Shown: positions 16,249 through 22,689 of the stretch, piece by piece
Layout of the letters: the number at the start of each line of letters is the position of its first letter
Position numbering within the stretch: position 1 is the first letter of the stretch
The notes under the pieces: model-generated
The model's input: the letters and a program-made list of their open reading frames with translations, nothing else
What the model was told of the DNA's origin: nothing
The model's database searches: none
Made by a program: the position numbers and the translations under genes
Origin: Casimicrobium huifangae
GTDB lineage: Bacteria > Pseudomonadota > Gammaproteobacteria > Burkholderiales > Casimicrobiaceae
Reading direction: 5' to 3'
Length of the DNA: 32,000 bases
Assembly: GCF_009746125.1 (NCBI RefSeq)
Contig: NZ_CP041352.1
Span: forward strand, 1,626,436 to 1,658,435

Positions 16249-18303
16249 ATGAACTGCGAGCAGCCATTGCTGCGCCGAGCGGTCGTACGGGCAGGTTGCG
16301 CTGTCGCCGCGGTGGCGACGTTTGCCGCGCACGCCGCCTACACCATCACCGGTGACCCTGGCCCGGCGCCGGTAAACGCGACGACGCCGAATGCCGACTA
16401 CGCGCAGCTCGACGCGATCATGACGCAGTTCATGCTGAACGCCAACGTGCCCAACGCCCAACTCGCGGTGGGCCACGGCGGCCGCATCGTGTTCGTGCGT
16501 GGATACACTGCCAGCACCACCGAGCGGCCGTTGCAGACGATTACAGCCACTGTCAACATGGTGTCGCGAACGTACAACGAACCGGCGTACCAGACCACCC
16601 AGCCGAACAGCCGTTTCCGCATGGCCAGCCTGTCCAAGCTGGTCACTGGCCTTGCCATCCAGCAACTAGTGCTTGATGGCAAGCTGGCGATGAGCGATTC
16701 CGCCTATGCGATCCTGCGCGAAGACGCGTCCACGACGGCGTTCGCGGGCGCCCCGGCGGATGCGAACATGCTCAACGTCACCGTCAAGCAGCTAGTCAAC
16801 CATGAGGCCGGGTTCGCACGTGGCGCCCCACTGTCCACGCCCTCAGGGCAGCCGCAGGACATCATCGACTACGCCGATCCGCCCGGTACCGTGAAACCCT
16901 GGCCCTATCCGTACAACGTGGCGACCTTTCAGGAGTGGGTCAAGACCTGCAAACGGCACATCGAAATCGACCTGCCGCGCCGCAAGCTGCACTATGTGCC
17001 GGGCAGCCCGCCGCTGCAGGGTGGCAGCTACTACCAGTACTACACCAACATCGCTTACTGCTGGGCCGAGCGCGTCATTGAAATCCGCTCTGGCATGAGC
17101 TACGAGGACTACGTGCTCAACAAAGTGCTGCGCCCACTCGGTATCGACAAGCCGCGGCTGGCGCAGAGCGACAACATGGCGCGCTGGTATGCCGGCGACA
17201 GCGCCAACGCCGAGATCAACGCCTATTACGACCAGCCGATCGCGAGCAACCCGGCTGCCACGCTCTATTCCAACTGGTGCGCGCTATATGAAGGCACGCC
17301 CTCACCGCCGGGCTGTGTGGGCCCGCGGCCGAACAACTATCGCGCCCACGACTACGGCGGTGCGGGCGGCTGGGTGTTTTCCGCGCAGGAGTATCTGCGC
17401 ATGCTGCAAAGCGCCAAGCTCCGGTTGCGTGCGCCCCATCTGCTGGATTTTCCCGCGAGCAATGTCAGCGGCTCCGATTCGCTGTTCGAGGGCCCGACGC
17501 TGTCGAGCGGAACCAGTGGTGCCAACAACTTCAGCTACCGCTACAGCTATGGCGCCGGCGTGACCGAGTGGCGGGTGACGGCGACCAATCAACTGCTCGG
17601 CTACTTCGTTGGTCACACCGGCAGTTTGCCCGGTACGCGTTCGTTTTATCAGCTCGACGACGTCACGCCGATGCACTGGACCGTGGTGCTCAACACCAGC
17701 CCGGACTGGGACTACGGCTCGTGCAGCAGCGCGACCAGCGTACCAGCGGCGACCAAATACTGGTGCCTGTTGCAAGGCAATCGCGTCAGCGAAAACAACG
17801 GCGCGACCCTGACCAACCCGAGCACCAGCAACTCCATCTTTACCCAGATGCGGGCAATTTACGGCAACACGGCGAAGCGCGCGCAACTTGAAGCCGCGGC
17901 TGATCTGTGGAGCGACCAGATCGCCTTGCCCTGCAATCTCGATGTCAATGGCGCTGGCAACGGCACACGCAATGGTGTCGCCGATGGGTTGATGATCCTG
18001 CGGGCCATGCAGGGCAATCGCGGCGCCGGGATTGCGACAAGTACAGTTGGCGCGACCTCGTCGGCCACCACCACCTACGACCGTGCCGAAAAGAACGCCC
18101 GTGATCTCATCACCACCAAAGTCGTCGACATCGATGGCGACGGCGTGGTTGATCCTGCGGTGGACGGCGTGCTGTTGCTGCGCACGCTGTTGGGCGCACG
18201 CAATACCTCAGTGACTAATGGCCTGACCATTGCCGGGCCACGCAACGACTGGACCTCAATCCGCAACTACCTGAACACACGATGCGGCGCAGCGTTACCA
18301 TGA
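16249..18303 (+). CDS. secreted beta-lactamase-fold serine hydrolase (PBP/esterase family) with C-terminal EF-hand/dockerin-like module
   Basis: GAGGGG RBS 7 nt upstream. Signal peptide ...ATFAAHA/AY. SxxK nucleophile motif in FRMASLSKLVTG, YxN-type YYTNIAY, and late GHTGSLPGTRSF motif typical of the class C beta-lactamase-related family. C-terminal 125 aa are non-catalytic (see module feature). Confidence 0.8.
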   Translation: MNCEQPLLRRAVVRAGCAVAAVATFAAHAAYTITGDPGPAPVNATTPNADYAQLDAIMTQFMLNANVPNAQLAVGHGGRIVFVRGYTASTTERPLQTITATVNMVSRTYNEPAYQTTQPNSRFRMASLSKLVTGLAIQQLVLDGKLAMSDSAYAILREDASTTAFAGAPADANMLNVTVKQLVNHEAGFARGAPLSTPSGQPQDIIDYADPPGTVKPWPYPYNVATFQEWVKTCKRHIEIDLPRRKLHYVPGSPPLQGGSYYQYYTNIAYCWAERVIEIRSGMSYEDYVLNKVLRPLGIDKPRLAQSDNMARWYAGDSANAEINAYYDQPIASNPAATLYSNWCALYEGTPSPPGCVGPRPNNYRAHDYGGAGGWVFSAQEYLRMLQSAKLRLRAPHLLDFPASNVSGSDSLFEGPTLSSGTSGANNFSYRYSYGAGVTEWRVTATNQLLGYFVGHTGSLPGTRSFYQLDDVTPMHWTVVLNTSPDWDYGSCSSATSVPAATKYWCLLQGNRVSENNGATLTNPSTSNSIFTQMRAIYGNTAKRAQLEAAADLWSDQIALPCNLDVNGAGNGTRNGVADGLMILRAMQGNRGAGIATSTVGATSSATTTYDRAEKNARDLITTKVVDIDGDGVVDPAVDGVLLLRTLLGARNTSVTNGLTIAGPRNDWTSIRNYLNTRCGAALP
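17926..18300 (+). other. Cys-bracketed EF-hand/dockerin-like C-terminal module (double-repeat version)
   Basis: LPCNLDVNGAGNGTRNGVADGLMILRAMQG ... VDIDGDGVVDPAVDGVLLLRTLLG ... NDWTSIRNYLNTRCGAALP. Shares the frame LPC-x-LD...(D/E)GL-x-LR-x-x-x-G...W-x-x-(I/V)RN-x-LN-x-x-CG-x-x-x-P with the C-terminus of the next gene. Confidence 0.6.
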
Positions 18304-18475
18304 CGCTGACATGATGTGAGGGACGCTTGCGACACTCGCGGTCAGGGCGCCAAAACTCAGCACAAACCCTACCCACGCTGGTTGGAATTTTCCCGCACCG
18401 TTAAGAGGCATTTCCGCTAAAAACAAGTCTGCGCAAACGGTCGCGTTTGCATCAGTTGTTTATTGGGGGTAATAC

Positions 18476-20995
18476 ATGTTGTACCGGAGACATCCAGCCA
18501 GCGCTGGTCGTAGTTTGCTGGGCGCCAGCGCCGTCATAGCAGGCACCTTTGCCGCATTCGCGGCCAGCGCCGCCACCATCACCGTCAACAGTCTGCTTGA
18601 TGACGTCTACGTCAATGCAACGGGCTCGACCTTCTCGGACGCGGCCTACACGACACCAGTGAGCCCGGCGTATTGCACGCTGCGGATGGCGCTGGCGGCA
18701 GCCAACCTGGACGTTGCTGTTGGTGGGTGCGTTGCGGGTAGTGGCACCGACACCATCAACATTACGCCGACTGGCACGATCCTGGTGTCGCAAGTTGCAA
18801 TGGAGCCTGTAGGTGTTTTCACCGGCACCAAGACCTGGCTGCTTTATGCCGCTGGCAACGTCACCATCAATGGGCCCGGTCGCGACCAGCTCATCGTCAA
18901 CGGTGGCGGCCTGTCGCCCGGTGCGGCGGGAATGCGCACGTTGCTGGTCAGCAACAACGACGCTGCGGTTGACGCGCCCGCGACGATCAGCAATCTCACG
19001 TTTCGCGAGGGGCGGGCCGTCGGTTCCATCGCCGCGTCGGGCGGCTCGGCTGGCGCCTGCGTGTTCAGCCGCGAGTCCCTGACTGCGAGTTCAGTCGCAT
19101 TTATCAACTGTGAGGCAGCGGGCGTTGGCAACGGCGTCAGCAACTTCGGCACCAACGGCGGCGCATTTGCTGGCGGCGCGACGCTGCCTACCGATGCGCG
19201 GCCGAATTTCATCTTCACGGATGTGCAGTTCACCGGCAACCGTACCGTACATGGCACGGCTGCCGCGGCCTCCACCTCCGCTGCCGGTGCAGCGTCGTTC
19301 GGCAATAACTCGAATCTGTTTGTCGGCAATGTCACGCTGACCAACGTCCAGTTCGTCGGCAACTCTGCCGAAAATGTCGGGGCGCTGCGGATTTCCGGCG
19401 GCAACAACGCGTCGCTGCAAAACGTCTCGTTTGTTTCCAACAGCGCGACGACCGGCTCCGACGGTGCATTCACCATCAATGCAATGGCCGGTTCAGTCAC
19501 GCTGTCTGGTGGCGGTGCCATTGGCAACACCGCACTGTTGCGTCGCGGCGGCGGCCAGATTTCCACGGTCGGCGCGACTTTGCCGTCCGGTCCGGTGGTG
19601 CAGATCACCGACTGGTCGTTTGTTGGCAATGCCGCGCAGACGCAGGATATCGGTGGCCTCAGCATCCTCACCGACACCTTCGACGCCAACGGCAATTGCC
19701 TCTTTGGACAACTGCGGGACGTGACGCTCACCAACGTCTACTTCGAGCGAAATATCGCGTCACAGTCGCGCGGCGGTTTGCGTATCGGCTGCTCGGCAAA
19801 CGTCACGATGACTGGCGTCGAGTTCATTTTCAACGAAGTCGCAGGCAACAGCACGGCGAGCAGTGGTGGGCAAAGCGCCGCGTTGATTCACGATGTGGCC
19901 AACGTCACCATGACCAACACCCGCATCATCGGCAACCGCACCTACGCGGGCACCACCGCGGGGGGCTACGGCGTGTTCACTGTGATCGGTGCGCCGTCGT
20001 CGTCGTCGGTGCCATCCAGCTGGCCGCTCTCGCACAGTCTGACGGCGACCGGCCTGGTGGTGAAGGACAACTGGGCTGAACGCAACGAGGCCGGCCTTTC
20101 GCTGCGCCCGAATGGTGCCGGGCGCAACTACCTGATTGCGGATGGTGCATTCATCGGCAACCGCGCAAACGCCATCGCCAGCCTGCTGCTTGACGCCACC
20201 GGCAATTACACCGTGCGCAACAGCACGTTCTCGCTCAACGAGAACATTGGCAACAATGGCTCGACGGTTGTGGTCAATCTGCACGCCGGCAGCGGCAGCA
20301 ATTCGGTCAATTTTGTTAACAACACGATTGCCCGCAACCAGGCAGGCGTGAATGATGACGGCTCACAGTTCAGCGTTGGCGCGTGGGTTCCTGGCTCCGC
20401 GGCGACGCCCACCCCGAACGGCAGCGTGGCAATCGTCAACAACATCATTGGCGCGGCGGTTTCCGGCAGCCTTGCCGGCAACATGATCTTCGCGCCCACC
20501 GGGCCTGGTTACAACTACGCGGTGTCGAACACGCTGTTTGAAAGCGCTGCGATCCCGAACAGCTTCTGCAGCGGCGCCGGCATGAAGTGCGGCGTCGATG
20601 CCAAGCTTGATGGTCTCGCCTTCAATGGCGGCAGCATGCAGTACGCCTATACCCATCGTCTGCTGCCCGGCAGCCCGGCGCTGGACGCGGGTGACAACGC
20701 CGCTGCTGCGGCCATGACGCTTGACCAGCGCGGCACCGGCTTCCCGCGTGTAGTGAACGGCACGGTTGATATGGGCGCTCTGGAGTCCGTCGTGCTGACT
20801 GCGCCGTTGCCGTGCAAACTGGACATGGACGGCGACAACCAGGTGCGTGCCAACAAGGAAGGCCTGGTGCTGTTGCGTTCCATGCTCGGCTTCTCGGGCG
20901 CCGCCGTCGTCAACGGCACCGGCATCAGTCAGGGGCAATGGGATACGGTTCGCAACAACCTGAATGCAAACTGCGGCACCAGCTTCACGCCGTAG
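18476..20995 (+). CDS. secreted right-handed beta-helix repeat protein (CSLREA-like N-terminus, choice-of-anchor-Q-like C-terminal region) with EF-hand/dockerin-like tail
   Basis: GGGGG RBS. Signal peptide ...AAFAASA/AT. N-terminal ITVNSLLDD...YCTLRMALAAANLDVAVGGCVAGSGTDTINITPTGTILV. More than 10 repeats of the (V/F)xFxxNxA...GGA type (VQFVGNSAENVGALRISGG, VSFVSNSATTGSDGAF, VYFERNIASQSRGGLRIG). Near the C-terminus: LLPGSPALDAGDN...LDQRGTGFPRVVNGTVDMGALES. Confidence 0.8.
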   Translation: MLYRRHPASAGRSLLGASAVIAGTFAAFAASAATITVNSLLDDVYVNATGSTFSDAAYTTPVSPAYCTLRMALAAANLDVAVGGCVAGSGTDTINITPTGTILVSQVAMEPVGVFTGTKTWLLYAAGNVTINGPGRDQLIVNGGGLSPGAAGMRTLLVSNNDAAVDAPATISNLTFREGRAVGSIAASGGSAGACVFSRESLTASSVAFINCEAAGVGNGVSNFGTNGGAFAGGATLPTDARPNFIFTDVQFTGNRTVHGTAAAASTSAAGAASFGNNSNLFVGNVTLTNVQFVGNSAENVGALRISGGNNASLQNVSFVSNSATTGSDGAFTINAMAGSVTLSGGGAIGNTALLRRGGGQISTVGATLPSGPVVQITDWSFVGNAAQTQDIGGLSILTDTFDANGNCLFGQLRDVTLTNVYFERNIASQSRGGLRIGCSANVTMTGVEFIFNEVAGNSTASSGGQSAALIHDVANVTMTNTRIIGNRTYAGTTAGGYGVFTVIGAPSSSSVPSSWPLSHSLTATGLVVKDNWAERNEAGLSLRPNGAGRNYLIADGAFIGNRANAIASLLLDATGNYTVRNSTFSLNENIGNNGSTVVVNLHAGSGSNSVNFVNNTIARNQAGVNDDGSQFSVGAWVPGSAATPTPNGSVAIVNNIIGAAVSGSLAGNMIFAPTGPGYNYAVSNTLFESAAIPNSFCSGAGMKCGVDAKLDGLAFNGGSMQYAYTHRLLPGSPALDAGDNAAAAAMTLDQRGTGFPRVVNGTVDMGALESVVLTAPLPCKLDMDGDNQVRANKEGLVLLRSMLGFSGAAVVNGTGISQGQWDTVRNNLNANCGTSFTP
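20807..20992 (+). other. Cys-bracketed EF-hand/dockerin-like C-terminal module (single-repeat version)
   Basis: LPCKLDMDGDNQVRANKEGLVLLRSMLGFSGAAVVNGTGISQGQWDTVRNNLNANCGTSFTP. Same frame as 17926-18300. Confidence 0.6.
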
Positions 20996-21034
20996 CGCAA
21001 CCATCCGGAACAGCGCTGTGATGCAACAAGAGAT

Positions 21035-21110
21035 ACGGCTTTTCGCAGAAAAAAGCCGCTGTAATAGGGCTCACAGCGCGTTTTTGCCAAGATCGACTTT
21101 TTCATTTTCC
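21035..21110 (+). repeat. conserved intergenic element, copy 2
   Basis: Blocks ACGGCTTTT (21035), AAAAGCC (21051), GGGCTCA (21067), TCGACTTT (21093), in the same order as copy 1 and with near-identical spacing. Confidence 0.6.
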
Positions 21111-21412
21111 GGCTCTGAGCCCTTTACTGGCGGCGGTTGCGGAGCAAAGTTGGCTAAGGGGCGATGAGCCATTTCGAACTTTGTCCGCTATCTGGATGAA
21201 TGAAAAGGACGCAAGGGTGTCTGGTCTGGGGAGGATCACGGGTGTTGCTTATGCTTCATGACGACGGCATAATCGTGGCGCCATTCCTCGATGGACCAGA
21301 AATGATTTATTTATGTCGATCTGACCGCTTTTGCAGTTGAAATACGTCTATCGACTTTGTGGCGACAAACGCGCATACGGAAATCGTTGCGAGCGAGAGG
21401 CGCTTCAAATTC

Positions 21413-21441
21413 TTCACAATTCACGTTAGCTTGTGTAGCAT
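21413..21441 (+). promoter_or_regulatory. candidate sigma70-type promoter for the 21464 gene
   Basis: TTCACA (21413-21418), a 17-nt spacer, then TAGCAT (21436-21441). This would place a transcription start about 15-20 nt upstream of ATG 21464 and include the TAGGGG RBS. Pattern match only. Confidence 0.25.
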
Positions 21442-21463
21442 GGCATTGATTAGGGGCCTCAAC

Positions 21464-22672
21464 ATGCATATGAAGACAATTCGCTCGGTTATGTTTTCCG
21501 GATTGGTCGGCTTGACCGTCGTCGCGGCAATGTCCGCGCAGGCGTTGCAAACGGTCGATCCCAAGCTGTCGCTAGCCGGCGCCAGCATCAATGGTTCGAC
21601 GCAGGCCGTGCCGGCTGGCACCACCTTTACGGTGTACGGCGTCTACAGTGACGATTCCACCAACCCGGAAAGCGGTTTGGGCCTCAAGGTCAAGTACAAC
21701 GGTACTCACCTGACTGGCGTCACCATCAGCGAGGAATACACCAAGTGCCGCATCGCGGTGGCCGACGTGCAAAACCCCACCACCGCCACTGCCCAGGCAG
21801 TGATGGGCTGGATCGACACCGCCATTCGCCCCAACGGTGTGGTCGGCTCCGCCACTGGTGCTGTGGGTTGGCCGGATCTCGCCGATCTCGCATCTGGCGG
21901 TTGCCTCAACCCCGGCAGCATCAACACCGACACTGCGGCCGCATCCGCCACTAGCCTCAAGCTCTTCAAGATGACTGGCACCATGGCAGCAGGCTGCACA
22001 TCCGCAGCAGCGTGCACGTCCACCGTCACTTTCGACAGCGAAGGCAATTATTCGTACGCCAACGCGGGCGCCGGGTTCACCAACAAGTCTTTCACCATCA
22101 CCGGTGCAGCGGCGCCGACGCAGGCACTGGCCGCAACGCCGTATGTGTCGCGCAAGACGCATGGCGCAGCCGGTACGTTTGACATCACGATCGATCCGGC
22201 AGGGTCGGCAACGGCTGGTCAATCGGTGACGGTTGAGCCGCGCCAGGCGCAATCGGGTGCCCATCAGATCGTCATCGCGTTCACGTCCGCCGTGTCGTCT
22301 GCGCAGTTCCCCACGGTTACTGCAGCTGCTGGCGTAACGAGCCTGCCGGTCGCCACAGCGTTTAACGGCAATGAAATGACCGTCACTATCGGCAGTGCGG
22401 GTACGCCAGTGCCGAATGGATCGCGCGTCACTGTGAGCGCCACGGGTGTCGGCACGGCTGCCGGTGTTAATCCGAGTGTAGTGGTCGGGTTCCTCGTCGG
22501 CGACGTGAGCAACAACCGAACCGTCAATTCCACAGATGTCGGAACCGTAAAAGGGCAGTCGGGTGTTGCGGTCACGTCTTCAAACTTCAAGAGTGATCTG
22601 AGCGCGAACGGCGCGATCAACTCTACTGACGTCGGCCTCGTCAAGGGCGCGTCTGGTACATCGATTAACTAG
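21464..22672 (+). CDS. secreted protein with cohesin-like N-terminal beta-sandwich, SRKTHG-motif middle domain and duplicated dockerin-like C-terminus
   Basis: ORF trimmed to ATG 21464 (or 21470). Signal peptide MHMKTIRSVMFSGLVGLTVVAAMSAQA/LQ. The C-terminus carries two dockerin type I-like segments: GDVSNNRTVNSTDVGTVKGQSG and SDLSANGAINSTDVGLVKGASG. The cohesin-like call for residues about 30-190 is weak. Confidence 0.7.
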   Translation: MHMKTIRSVMFSGLVGLTVVAAMSAQALQTVDPKLSLAGASINGSTQAVPAGTTFTVYGVYSDDSTNPESGLGLKVKYNGTHLTGVTISEEYTKCRIAVADVQNPTTATAQAVMGWIDTAIRPNGVVGSATGAVGWPDLADLASGGCLNPGSINTDTAAASATSLKLFKMTGTMAAGCTSAAACTSTVTFDSEGNYSYANAGAGFTNKSFTITGAAAPTQALAATPYVSRKTHGAAGTFDITIDPAGSATAGQSVTVEPRQAQSGAHQIVIAFTSAVSSAQFPTVTAAAGVTSLPVATAFNGNEMTVTIGSAGTPVPNGSRVTVSATGVGTAAGVNPSVVVGFLVGDVSNNRTVNSTDVGTVKGQSGVAVTSSNFKSDLSANGAINSTDVGLVKGASGTSIN

Positions 22673-22689
22673 TGTTAGGGAACAAGTCA

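Noticed and set aside
18432-18449. Hairpin GCAAACG-GTCG-CGTTTGC 27 nt upstream of the beta-helix gene start
   Set aside because: Could be a weak terminator or attenuator between the hydrolase and beta-helix genes. It lacks a proper T-run (ATCAGTTGTTTATT follows) and has only a 7-bp stem, which is insufficient to call.
18844-19734. 296-aa minus-strand ORF (and other 100-230-aa antisense ORFs across 18.4-24.8 kb)
   Set aside because: Antisense to the repeat-rich beta-helix gene. Repeat-rich, GC-rich genes routinely give long open antisense frames. No start context or motifs.
21251-21307. 18-codon mini-ORF (MLHDDGIIVAPFLDGPEM) in the long leader, downstream of a GGAGGA
   Set aside because: The GGAGGA is about 15-17 nt from the ATG, too far for a normal RBS. 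With no conservation evidence available, it is not called as a leader peptide.
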